From Halotalea alkalilenta DSM 17697 (GTDB lineage Bacteria; Pseudomonadota; Gammaproteobacteria; Pseudomonadales; Halomonadaceae), in assembly GCF_000621205.1 (NCBI RefSeq), contig NZ_JHYY01000021.1, positions 106,719-138,718 on the forward strand: a stretch of DNA of 32,000 bases, written 5' to 3'. Position numbers and translations under genes: made by a program. Positions within the stretch are counted from its first letter, which is position 1; each line of letters opens with the position of its first letter. Of this stretch, positions 9,244 through 19,466 are shown piece after piece. The notes beneath the pieces were generated by a model. The model was not told the DNA's origin and ran no database searches. It was given only the letters and a program-made list of their open reading frames with translations.

Positions 9244-10293
9244 TCAGGCCGTCGCGGTACGCCGCTGGGCGATCTGCCGGGCCATCCGCGCAGCGAGCAG
9301 GAGCGCCTCGCGGCTGGCACCGATATCGGCGCGGCCCTGGCCCGCGATGTCGTAGGCGGTACCGTGGGCAGGAGTGCAGATCGGGAAAGGCAGGCCGCCG
9401 AGCATGGTCACGCCGCTATCGAAGCCGAGCATCTTCATCGCGATCTGGCCTTGGTCGTGGTACATGGTCAGCACCGCGTGGTAGCCCTCCTTCAGCGCGC
9501 GCAGGAAAACGGTGTCGGCGGGGAACGGGCCCTCGACGTCCCAGCCGCGCGCCTTGGCCTCGAGCACCGCGGGCTCGATCACATCGATCTCCTCCATGCC
9601 GAAGCTGCCGCCATCGCCCGCATGGGGATTGAGTCCGGCAACGGCGATACGCGGCGTGGCATGGCCGGCATCGATCAGGCAGGCGTGGGTGAGCGCCAGT
9701 TCATCGAGGATCAGCGGGATGTCTATCGCAGCGGAAACCTCGGCGAGCGGGATGTGCGAGGTGACCCGGGCGTTCCAGACCTTCTCCAGGATGTTGAATT
9801 CGCGCGCGCGGCCGGAGAAGCCGATCGCCTCGGCGACGAAGCGGATTTCATCGTCGTAGCCCGGATTGGCATAGCGCATCGCTTTTTTGTTGAACGGCGT
9901 GAAACACACCGCATCGACCAGCCCTCGATGGGCCAGATCCAGCGCCTGGCGAAAATTGGCGGAGGCGAACTCCCCGCCTTCGAGGCTCGCGACGCCGCGC
10001 TCCACCTGCGAGGGATCAAGGTTTTTCAGGTCGATGAAGCGCACCGCCTCACTGCTCGGCGCTTCCGCTTCGGCCAGGGAGACCGTGCGCATGGCAGGCC
10101 TGACCCGTGCGACCTCGGCTCCCTGGTCGAATACCCGGCGGTCGCCGATGACGATCAGCCTGGCATGCTCCAGCACCACCGGGTCACTGGCGATACGCGC
10201 GGTGAGCTCGGGGCTTATTCCGCAGGGATCCCCCATCGCCAGTGCGATGACAGGACGATCCGCTGTCTCCTTTCCAAGCACGTGATCGTTCAT
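9244..10293 (-). CDS. pdxA: PdxA-family dehydrogenase (annotated as 4-hydroxythreonine-4-phosphate dehydrogenase; probably a catabolic paralog)
   Basis: 349 aa. ALAMGDPCGISPELTAR, LNPHAGDGG, MYHDQGQIAMKMLGF and PAHGTAYDIAGQGRADIGA. Metal-binding His residues present, substrate residues divergent. Confidence 0.88.
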   Translation of the reverse strand: MNDHVLGKETADRPVIALAMGDPCGISPELTARIASDPVVLEHARLIVIGDRRVFDQGAEVARVRPAMRTVSLAEAEAPSSEAVRFIDLKNLDPSQVERGVASLEGGEFASANFRQALDLAHRGLVDAVCFTPFNKKAMRYANPGYDDEIRFVAEAIGFSGRAREFNILEKVWNARVTSHIPLAEVSAAIDIPLILDELALTHACLIDAGHATPRIAVAGLNPHAGDGGSFGMEEIDVIEPAVLEAKARGWDVEGPFPADTVFLRALKEGYHAVLTMYHDQGQIAMKMLGFDSGVTMLGGLPFPICTPAHGTAYDIAGQGRADIGASREALLLAARMARQIAQRRTATA

Positions 10294-10358
10294 TTTCTGA
10301 TCTCATCTCCGGTGGACGCGGGGGTCGCGTGGAATGAGATTGCGCCGGAAAATAAAAC

Positions 10359-10371
10359 GTATACATTATAC
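10359..10371. promoter_or_regulatory. Candidate operator/promoter in the divergent pdxA-like / GntR intergenic region
   Basis: Palindrome GTATA-CAT-TATAC. The minus strand reads TATAAT (10365-10370), a consensus -10 roughly 70 nt upstream of the pdxA-like start. Confidence 0.5.
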
Positions 10372-10556
10372 AAAGGTATTTTTTCTGGGCTGACAGCATC
10401 GCACTTAGGTCTTACGACTTACGCCAAACCATCGATCCAGCGTACGACGCAGTGTCGACGAATGGTTAGAATCAGCGATGCCTTAGCGCCTCAGAGAGGC
10501 GCGCGCGCCACGACACCACGACGCGCGCGCAGCGGCGTGGCAGGCTGGACCAGCCG

Positions 10557-11246
10557 GTGCATTCACTAGGGATGAAGTCTATGACCCAGATCGGTTCCAT
10601 CTCTCGCAATACGCTGCACGACGCCATCACCGAGCGGATTCGCGACATGATCATCGAGGGTGAGCTGGTGCAGGGCGAGCGCATCTACGAAGGCCCTCTG
10701 TGCGAACAGCTCGGGGTCTCCCGCACTCCGCTTCGAGAAGCGCTGCGCTTTCTCGCCAGCGAAGGACTGGTCGAGCTGACGCCCAATCGCGGCGCCTCGG
10801 TGCGTCGTTTCAGCGCCCAGGACATCGAGGACATGCTGGTCGTGATTCGCGCGATGGAGGAGCTCGCCGGCAAAATAGCCTGCGAAAAGGCCAGCGATGC
10901 CGAGATCGCCGAGGTTCGCGCGCTCCATGAAGAGATGCTCGGCTACTATCGAAATCAGGATCGCCTGGCCTACTACAAGGCCAACCAGTCGATCCACAGT
11001 TCGATCGTGCGGCTTTCGCACAACGCCACGCTGGTGCACGCCCATGCCGGACTGCAGTCCCGGCTCAAGCGCATTCGCTTCATCGGCCACAGCGGTGCGG
11101 ACAAATGGGCAGCCGCAGTGGAAGAACACGAGCGGATGATCACCGCCCTGGAAGCGCGCGACGCGGATGGCTTGATCCAGGCGCTTGGCAGCCATCTGAC
11201 CAACGCTTGGCTACGGGTACAGGACAAGATTCAGGACGAGGCGTGA
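10557..11246 (+). CDS. GntR family transcriptional regulator, FadR/FCD subfamily
   Basis: 229 aa. wHTH ITERIRDMIIEGELVQGERIYEGPLCEQLGVSRTPLREALRFLASEGLVEL, then an all-helical FCD-like domain. True start may be 10572 or 10581. Confidence 0.88.
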   Translation: MHSLGMKSMTQIGSISRNTLHDAITERIRDMIIEGELVQGERIYEGPLCEQLGVSRTPLREALRFLASEGLVELTPNRGASVRRFSAQDIEDMLVVIRAMEELAGKIACEKASDAEIAEVRALHEEMLGYYRNQDRLAYYKANQSIHSSIVRLSHNATLVHAHAGLQSRLKRIRFIGHSGADKWAAAVEEHERMITALEARDADGLIQALGSHLTNAWLRVQDKIQDEA

Positions 11247-11428
11247 GGTATCGGCGCTCTGGCCCGAACCTCCACCGACCGGCGAGACCAACGGCTCGTT
11301 TCGTCCGATCGAACCAGCCAAGATCGAAAAAAACGAATACAGCGTAGGAATCTAAACACTTCTCTTCACGCTGCGACGAGCTACCCTTGTTGCGTCGCAT
11401 ACCCACTTGCACGTCAGGAGAGAACACG

Positions 11429-12031
11429 ATGACCAAACTGCTGGTGCTCTACTATTCGATGTACGGCCACATCGAGACCATGGCCAATGCCGTTGCGGAA
11501 GGCGCAAGCAAGGTCGAGGGCGTCGAGGTCACGATCAAGCGCGTGCCGGAAACGATGCCGGCGGAAGCATTCGCCAATGCCGGCGGCAAGACCGACCAGC
11601 AAGCACCGCTGGCGACCCCCGCCGAACTCGCGGACTATGATGCGATCATCATCGGCACACCTACCCGCTTCGGCAACATGGCCGGGCAGATGCGTACCTT
11701 CCTCGACCAGACCGGTGGGCTCTGGGCCAGCGGCGCCCTACGTGGCAAGATCGCCAGCGTGTTCGCCTCCACCGGTACCGGCGGCGGCCAGGAGCAGACT
11801 ATCACCTCGACCTGGACCACCCTCGCCCACCACGGCATGGTGATCGTGCCGATCGGCTACGGCATTCCCGAAATGTTCGACATCTCCCAGGTGCGCGGCG
11901 GTACGCCCTATGGCGTGACGACCTTCGCCGGCGGTGACGGTTCCCGCCAGCCAAGCGCAGAGGAGCTGACGATCGCCCGCTTCCAGGGCGAGTACGTCGC
12001 CGGCATCGCCGCGAAGCTCACCCGCGCCTGA
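11429..12031 (+). CDS. wrbA: NAD(P)H:quinone oxidoreductase, WrbA family flavoprotein
   Basis: 200 aa. [61 protein letters not shown]. Confidence 0.93.
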   Translation: MTKLLVLYYSMYGHIETMANAVAEGASKVEGVEVTIKRVPETMPAEAFANAGGKTDQQAPLATPAELADYDAIIIGTPTRFGNMAGQMRTFLDQTGGLWASGALRGKIASVFASTGTGGGQEQTITSTWTTLAHHGMVIVPIGYGIPEMFDISQVRGGTPYGVTTFAGGDGSRQPSAEELTIARFQGEYVAGIAAKLTRA

Positions 12032-12053
12032 GACAAACGCCCCCAGGCTAAAA

Positions 12054-13768
<1,715 letters not shown>

Positions 13769-13781
13769 GCGTAACGACGAA

Positions 13782-13815
13782 GAACGCCCGCGCTCCTTGC
13801 GGGGCGCGGGCGTTC
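13782..13815. terminator. Hairpin terminator between convergent ligB and the peroxiredoxin gene
   Basis: Perfect 12-bp stem GAACGCCCGCGC/GCGCGGGCGTTC with a 10-nt loop. Confidence 0.7.
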
Positions 13816-13836
13816 GTGACCAGCTGCCGTCGAGGC

Positions 13837-14478
13837 TTACTTTTTCAGATCGACCAAGCGCAGGTAGGGCTTCTTCTCATCCCAACCCTGCGGGAAGAGT
13901 TTCTCGGCATCTTCGTTGCTGACCGAAGGTGCGATGATCACCTTGTCGCCTTCCTTCCAGTTCACCGGCGTCGCGACCTTCTCTTTGTCGGTCAGCTGGA
14001 GACTATCGAGGACCCGAAGGATCTCCTGGAAGTTACGCCCAGCGCTCGCCGGGTAGGTGAGGATCAGCCGCACCTTCTTGTTCGGATCGATGATGAATAC
14101 CGAACGCACGGTGAGGGTGTCGTTGGCATTCGGGTGAATCATGTCGTAAAGCGAAGCGACCTTGCGGTCATCATCGGCAAGCAGCGGAAAGTTGAGCCCG
14201 TAGCCCTGGGTCTCTTCGATGTCTCCCTTCCAGCGCTCGTGCTCCTCGAGGCCGTCCACCGACAGGCCGATCGCCTTGGTATTGCGCTTGTCGAATTCAG
14301 GCTTCAGCCGTGAGACCTCGCCCAGCTCGGTGGTGCACACCGGGGTGAAGTCCTTCGGGTGGGAAAACAGGATCGCCCAGCTATCGCCGAGCCACTGGTG
14401 GAAGCTGATATCGCCGGCGGTGCTCCGCTGGGTGAAATCTGGGGCGGTATCGCCGAGACGCAATGTCATTATCTTCAC
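13837..14478 (-). CDS. 1-Cys peroxiredoxin (Prx6/AhpC-TSA family)
   Basis: 213 aa. LFSHPKDFTPVCTTELGEVSRL contains the only cysteine. C-terminal domain with GWDEKKPYLRLVDL. Confidence 0.92.
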   Translation of the reverse strand: MKIMTLRLGDTAPDFTQRSTAGDISFHQWLGDSWAILFSHPKDFTPVCTTELGEVSRLKPEFDKRNTKAIGLSVDGLEEHERWKGDIEETQGYGLNFPLLADDDRKVASLYDMIHPNANDTLTVRSVFIIDPNKKVRLILTYPASAGRNFQEILRVLDSLQLTDKEKVATPVNWKEGDKVIIAPSVSNEDAEKLFPQGWDEKKPYLRLVDLKK

Positions 14479-14813
14479 TCCTCACGTCGATGATTGCTTG
14501 GCTAATCGATCGCGGCTCGCGGCGCGGTCGATGAAATCGCTTGGCCCCTCGGGCATCAGGACCACTCAGGGTCGCCCTGGGTACGAGGCCATATGTTGCG
14601 ACTTTGTCATTGCACTGCAAAACAACGAGTTCGCCTAAGGTAATGCTCACCAGCATAGACCATGCGATCGAACGATCGGCGAAAACCCCGCCACACCGCA
14701 TGCGTCGGGCGCTGGCTGCGGAAAAACCGCGCCATCGCGCTCGGCGAGCGGCTGGACGACGAAGCTCAAGGGGAGTGTGATACTAAGACTATATAAAGGA
14801 GAGAGCGCGCCAC

Positions 14814-15107
14814 TCAGCAGTAGCGAACGACGGCACGCTTGCTGTCGGGCACCACAACGGTATCGCCCTTGTTCAGCAGCAGCTGAGCATCGTTTTCTGC
14901 GCCATCGGCGTCCACACCGATCACCTCGGCGATGGAGTTCTTGTCGCCATCACGGTCGAGCACGCGCAGGCGAACGTTGGCGCCATGATAACGCGCGGTG
15001 ATGATACAGCCGGTCTTCGGCTGCTTGCGGCTCATGCGGCGCGGTTCGTTATATCCGGTCACGCTGTCTTTGAATGGAATGTCCCATTCGATCTTACGTG
15101 CATCCAT
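14814..15107 (-). CDS. Small hypothetical protein (97 aa)
   Basis: ORF isolated in a noncoding stretch. Basic N-terminus plus GCIITARYHGANVRLRVLDRDG...LLLNKGDTVVVPDSKRAVVRYC. No family recognised. Confidence 0.55.
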   Translation of the reverse strand: MDARKIEWDIPFKDSVTGYNEPRRMSRKQPKTGCIITARYHGANVRLRVLDRDGDKNSIAEVIGVDADGAENDAQLLLNKGDTVVVPDSKRAVVRYC

Positions 15108-15375
15108 CTTACTCAGCCCTCGCTGAACGTCTGGTCACGGTGGTCTTTCCGATCATTCGATGCGGGATTCACGCCCCGGTCATCGGCCTGTCAAATTTGG
15201 ATTGCGAAGATACTCCTAGGAATCGAAGGGTTCTACGATTCAATCCAGCCTCATACCGAATCGGCATGACCTAATCACCCAGGGCATCACCGCTCATCAA
15301 CCAACCGAATATTACGAAAGTCGCCAGCTTTCGAAGCGATCGATTCGCTCCGCGTTTCGCAACTTTTGCCGAACA

Positions 15376-16350
15376 TTACGCCAACGCCTCCAAGCTTAGC
15401 CGCGCCCCGAAGCTGCGACGCCCCCCGGGTGCAAGGCGCAGCGCCGCAGCGAACTCGTCGCGATTGAAGGAGTCGGGAGGAAACTCGGTCGGCTCGATCG
15501 CGATCGACTGGCGCCGACGTGCCCCCAGGGAGTCTCCGGTATAGAGCTGCACCGCGCCGCTCGGCTGGGCGAGGACCACGGCAAGCCCGCAGTCAGGGGC
15601 CTCGAGCCTGGTACGCAGCCAGCCGTCGGCATCAGGCTCGAGATCGTAGAAGCAGTCATCGAGCGCCCGGCCAGCCAGCGCAAGCTTCGTTTCGTCGCAA
15701 ACCGCATAGGCCTCGTCACCCGGCAGCGGAATCCGGCGCGCATCGCAAATCACCCGTCGACAGGCGGGCAGGCGCACCTGGCAGGCGTCGAGATCACCCC
15801 CAGGAGGCAGCAGGTAAGGGTGCCAACCACAGCCGAAGGGCGCGTCCAACCGCCCCAGGTTGCGCGCTTCGAAACTCCAGGAAAGTCCCTTCCGATCGAC
15901 TGAAAACGAGGTCAAGCAAATGATTTCGAAGGGATATCCACTGAGCGCACGAGGCGTTATCCGGGTTTCGAATACCAATTCAGCATGATCCGGCTCGAGC
16001 ACCGCGTCACGCAGCCGCCAATCGAGCCCGCGCACCACCCCGTGCATCGCATGGCCCTCGCCCTCGACCACCGGCAAGCGCAAGAGATCTCCATCGAAGC
16101 GATAGCGACCATCGTTGATACGATTACTGAACGGTGCCATCAGCGCACTGCGCGCTGCATCGAGGGTGGCCAGCTCGGCGCCCTCACGGTAGCCATCGAT
16201 CAGTTCGACCAGTCTCCCATCGGGTGCGCGAGCGTTGGCGCAGAGCAGCGTCGCCCCACGCAGCGCGACGCGCATGCGGCATGCTCCCTCCTCGACCACC
16301 TCGACGACCGGCCACTGCTGCAATTGATCATGGCGCAGTTCGAATCCCAT
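15376..16350 (-). CDS. Aldose 1-epimerase / galactose mutarotase-like protein
   Basis: 324 aa from ATG at 16350. FSNRINDGRYRFDG, EGHAMHGVVRGLDW, FGCGWHPYLLPPG, VQLYTGDSL. Confidence 0.85.
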   Translation of the reverse strand: MGFELRHDQLQQWPVVEVVEEGACRMRVALRGATLLCANARAPDGRLVELIDGYREGAELATLDAARSALMAPFSNRINDGRYRFDGDLLRLPVVEGEGHAMHGVVRGLDWRLRDAVLEPDHAELVFETRITPRALSGYPFEIICLTSFSVDRKGLSWSFEARNLGRLDAPFGCGWHPYLLPPGGDLDACQVRLPACRRVICDARRIPLPGDEAYAVCDETKLALAGRALDDCFYDLEPDADGWLRTRLEAPDCGLAVVLAQPSGAVQLYTGDSLGARRRQSIAIEPTEFPPDSFNRDEFAAALRLAPGGRRSFGARLSLEALA

Positions 16351-16457
16351 GCTTCGCTCCTGAATCGGGCGGCGCCGGACATGCCCGGCGCTGCATATCG
16401 GTAGCTGTGTCGATAACAAAGAGCATAGCCACGATCCCCCGGAAGGCGAGCATCGTC

Positions 16458-16991
16458 TCAGCCGCCGAGCTCTGCGCTGAGCGAAGGCTGGACGATCTCG
16501 ATCAAGTAGCCATCGGGGTCCTTGATGAAGGCGACGTCCTTCATCTTGCCCTGTTCCGGGCGTTTGGTGAACTCGACCCCTTGCTCATCGAACCAGGCCA
16601 CCGCAGCGATGAGATCCGGCACCGCGATGCAGATATGGCCATAGCCCTGTGGTTCGCTATTGCCGTTGTGGTAGCCGAACCCTGGATCCTCCTCGGTACC
16701 CCAGTTGTGGGTCAGCTCGAGCAGCCCCCGGCGCGAGAAGGTCCAGACGCTGCGCTCCCCGGCATCCTCGGGCGCGATCTCGTCATCATCGAGGTGATCG
16801 AGAAAATAGAGCGTGAAACGCATCTCGGGGAAATCGAGCTTACGCAACAGCCGCATACCGAGTATCCCGGTGTAGAAAGCGAGCGCCCGCTCGGGATCCT
16901 TGATCCGCACCATCGAGTGATTGAGCGTGAACCCGCGGGTCCGCGAGGGGACGTGTTCGACCACGCCCGGGGCCTGTTCGGTGAAGCTCAT
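16458..16991 (-). CDS. gloA: Lactoylglutathione lyase (glyoxalase I)
   Basis: 177 aa from ATG at 16991. TLNHSMVRIKDPERALAFYTGILGMRLLRKLDFPEMRFTLYFL, ELTHNWGTEEDPGFGYHNGNSEPQGYGHICIAVPD, DPDGYLIEIVQ. Confidence 0.95.
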   Translation of the reverse strand: MSFTEQAPGVVEHVPSRTRGFTLNHSMVRIKDPERALAFYTGILGMRLLRKLDFPEMRFTLYFLDHLDDDEIAPEDAGERSVWTFSRRGLLELTHNWGTEEDPGFGYHNGNSEPQGYGHICIAVPDLIAAVAWFDEQGVEFTKRPEQGKMKDVAFIKDPDGYLIEIVQPSLSAELGG

Positions 16992-17121
16992 TCGATATCT
17001 TCCTCTGGTTCGATCGATCCGTGGCGGGGAGATGGCGACGCTGGCCGAGCGAATCAAGGCTCGACGCTCTCGAGCGCTGCAACGATACTGGTGCGCGACC
17101 GCCAAAGGCCTGGAGCCCCCC

Positions 17122-17607
17122 ATGCGTCGATCGCCTCTTCCACTTTGCTTGATCGTGCTGCTCGCCCTGCTCGCTGGCTGTGCCGGACGCCCACCGCTCG
17201 AGACCAGCGACCGTGGACTGGACAGCGCGGATGGAATCAGCATCGAACGTGCGCTGATCATCGCCACCGCCAAGAGCAACCTGGGGGTACCCTATCGCTG
17301 GGGCGGCAACGACCCCGCCCAAGGGCTCGACTGCAGCGGGCTGAGCGAACTCAGCTACCGCGCCGCCGGCTTCTCGCTGCCGCGGATCACCAACGATCAG
17401 TTCCAAGCGATCCCCAAGACCGCTGTGGCCCGCCCCGGCGATCTTCTGTTCTTCGGTGCCGGCTCCCGCGCCACCCATGTCGGCATCTACCTCGGCAACC
17501 AGCAGATGATCCACGCCCCCGGCAGCGGCCGCAGGGTCGAGCTGGCCAATCTTTCGGTGCGCTACTGGCAGGACAACTACCTCGGCGCAGGCTCGCTGGC
17601 GCCCTGA
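17122..17607 (+). CDS. NlpC/P60 family lipoprotein, cell-wall endopeptidase
   Basis: 161 aa. Lipobox signal MRRSPLPLCLIVLLALLAGC, catalytic GLDCSGLSELSYRAAG and ATHVGIYLGN. Confidence 0.88.
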   Translation: MRRSPLPLCLIVLLALLAGCAGRPPLETSDRGLDSADGISIERALIIATAKSNLGVPYRWGGNDPAQGLDCSGLSELSYRAAGFSLPRITNDQFQAIPKTAVARPGDLLFFGAGSRATHVGIYLGNQQMIHAPGSGRRVELANLSVRYWQDNYLGAGSLAP

Positions 17608-17949
17608 GCCTAGCCGCCCCTCATCGACCAGCCTGCGATCGTGAATCGCGACGGCCAGAAAACTCACTCGCCCTGCGCACGCTCGATGAGCGGCTCCTGC
17701 CACGCCACTGTCGACATAAAAGACCGCGAAGTAGGAAACTTACCTGGTGAGCAGCGCGGAACGGGCACTCCATCGGATCGCAGTGTGGAATAATACCCAA
17801 AGCCGACGCGAACGACTCCCATCTGCGCGCATGATTGTCTACAATAGCAGCCGCATCTCTCATTCGATCGGCCAGCCCGTTCGGGCTGGCCTGGAGGTCG
17901 GGGCGCTCGCCGCCGACGCTCGCTCAGCCACGTCAGACAGGAATCCGCA

Positions 17950-18960
17950 ATGACCCAGACGATCGCAGTGATTCGCGGCGACGGTATCGGCCCCGAAATC
18001 ATGGACGCCACCCTGCAGGTGCTCGACAGCCTCGACGTCGGCCTCGACTACGAGTTCGTCGAAGCCGGTACCGGCGCACTCGAGTCGCAGGGCGAACTGC
18101 TGCCCCAAGCGACGCTCGAGTCGATCAGGAAGCACAAGGTGGCGCTGAAAAGCCCGCTGATGACGCCCGTGGGCGGCGGTTTCTCCTCGATCAACGTCCA
18201 GCTGCGGCGGATCTTCGATCTCTACGCCAACGTGCGTCCGGCGATCAGCTTCCCCAACACCAAGTCGCGCTACAGCAACATCGACATGATCACCGTGCGC
18301 GAGAACACCGAGGGTGCCTATCGCTCCGAGGGCCAGACGCTCTCCGAAGACGGCGAGATCGCCAAGTCCGAGATCCAGGTCACCCGCAAGGGCTCGGAGC
18401 GGATCGCCCGCTACGCCTATGAGCTGGCGAAGAGCACAGGGCGCAAGAAAGTGACCATCGTGCACAAGGCGAACATCATCAAGACCGCCTCAGGGCTGTT
18501 CCTCGAGACCGCGCGCAAGGTCGCCGAGGAGTATCCAGAGATCGAGACCCAGGAGATGATCGTCGACAACGCCTGCATGCAGCTGGTGATGCGCCCCGAG
18601 CAGTTCGACGTGGTGGTCACCACCAATCTGTTCGGCGACATCATGTCGGATCTTTGCGCGGGTCTGGTCGGCGGCCTCGGCCTCGCCCCGGGCGCCAACA
18701 TCGGCGAAGAGGCGGCGATCTTCGAAGCAGTCCACGGCTCGGCGCCGGACATCGCGGGCAAAGGCCTGGCCAACCCCTGTGCACTGCTGCTCGCAGCCGC
18801 ACAGATGCTCGACCATCTCGGCAAGCAGGACAAAGCCGAGCGGCTGCGCGCGGCGATCATCGCCACCCTCGAAGCCAAGGACAGCCTCACCCCCGATCTC
18901 GGCGGCAGCGGCACCACCTCGAGCTTCGCCGCCGCGATCGCCAAGCGCGTCGCCGCTTGA
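17950..18960 (+). CDS. Isocitrate/isopropylmalate dehydrogenase family, probably NAD-dependent isocitrate dehydrogenase
   Basis: 336 aa. IAVIRGDGIGPEIMDA, SSINVQLRRIFDLYANVRPAISFP, TVRENTEGAY, TTNLFGDIMSDLCAGLVGGLG, FEAVHGSAPDIAGKGLANP. Resembles the eukaryotic IDH3 type. Confidence 0.85.
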   Translation: MTQTIAVIRGDGIGPEIMDATLQVLDSLDVGLDYEFVEAGTGALESQGELLPQATLESIRKHKVALKSPLMTPVGGGFSSINVQLRRIFDLYANVRPAISFPNTKSRYSNIDMITVRENTEGAYRSEGQTLSEDGEIAKSEIQVTRKGSERIARYAYELAKSTGRKKVTIVHKANIIKTASGLFLETARKVAEEYPEIETQEMIVDNACMQLVMRPEQFDVVVTTNLFGDIMSDLCAGLVGGLGLAPGANIGEEAAIFEAVHGSAPDIAGKGLANPCALLLAAAQMLDHLGKQDKAERLRAAIIATLEAKDSLTPDLGGSGTTSSFAAAIAKRVAA

Positions 18961-18985
18961 TCCACGCCAGCGCATGACGCACGAC

Positions 18986-19007
18986 GGGCGGGGAGCGCTC
19001 TCCGCCC
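18986..19007. terminator. GC-rich hairpin downstream of the isocitrate dehydrogenase gene
   Basis: GGGCGGGGAGCGCTCTCCGCCC: GGGCGG/CCGCCC outer stem with partial inner pairing. Confidence 0.45.
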
Positions 19008-19090
19008 ACCGTGCCTGCACGGGACGTATCGCTTAGACCTTCGATCTGAGCGACACTCGGAAGACCACTCCCTTCGGACCCGTGCACCAG

Positions 19091-19420
19091 ATGACCTATC
19101 TTTACCTGCTCATCGCGGTAACCCTCGAGGTGATCGCGACATCCGCGCTGCAAGCCTCGCAGCAATTCACTCGCCCCGTGCCGGTGGCACTGATGGTGGC
19201 CGGCTATGCCGGCGCGTTCTATTTTCTCTCGCTGACCCTGCGCGTCCTGCCGGTGGGCATCGCCTACGCATTGTGGAGCGGTATCGGGATCGTGCTGATC
19301 AGCCTGGTCGGTGTGTTCTGGTTCCGTCAGACCCTCGATGCGCCTGCGATGATCGGCCTCGGCCTGATCATCGCAGGGGTCGCGGTGGTCAATCTGTTTT
19401 CCCGTACGATCAGCCACTGA
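19091..19420 (+). CDS. emrE: Small multidrug resistance (SMR) efflux protein, EmrE-like
   Basis: 109 aa. YLYLLIAVTLEVIATSALQ (membrane Glu), YFLSLTLRVLPVGIAYALWSGIGIVLISLVGVFWF, C-terminus VNLFSRTISH. Confidence 0.88.
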   Translation: MTYLYLLIAVTLEVIATSALQASQQFTRPVPVALMVAGYAGAFYFLSLTLRVLPVGIAYALWSGIGIVLISLVGVFWFRQTLDAPAMIGLGLIIAGVAVVNLFSRTISH

Positions 19421-19466
19421 TGCAGCTCGGCAGTTCGACACCGGACGTTCAAGACAGGAGCCCAAG

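Noticed and set aside
9211-10569. 452-aa plus-strand ORF opposite the PdxA-like gene
   Set aside because: Antisense shadow frame. It runs through the promoter region and overlaps the start of the GntR gene.
16921-17121. N-terminal extension of the NlpC/P60 ORF (start at 16921 or 17035)
   Set aside because: The extension precedes a clear lipoprotein signal peptide (MRRSPLPLCLIVLLALLAGC) and overlaps the gloA start, so the ATG at 17122 is preferred.
16134-17750. 538-aa plus-strand ORF spanning aldose epimerase, gloA and the NlpC gene
   Set aside because: It crosses three convincing genes in a non-matching frame with low-complexity Arg/Pro content.
19021-19090. Guanidine riboswitch upstream of the SMR gene
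   Set aside because: A hairpin exists, but the conserved loops or core of guanidine-I, -II and -III classes are not visible by eye. Kept only as a low-interest leader structure.
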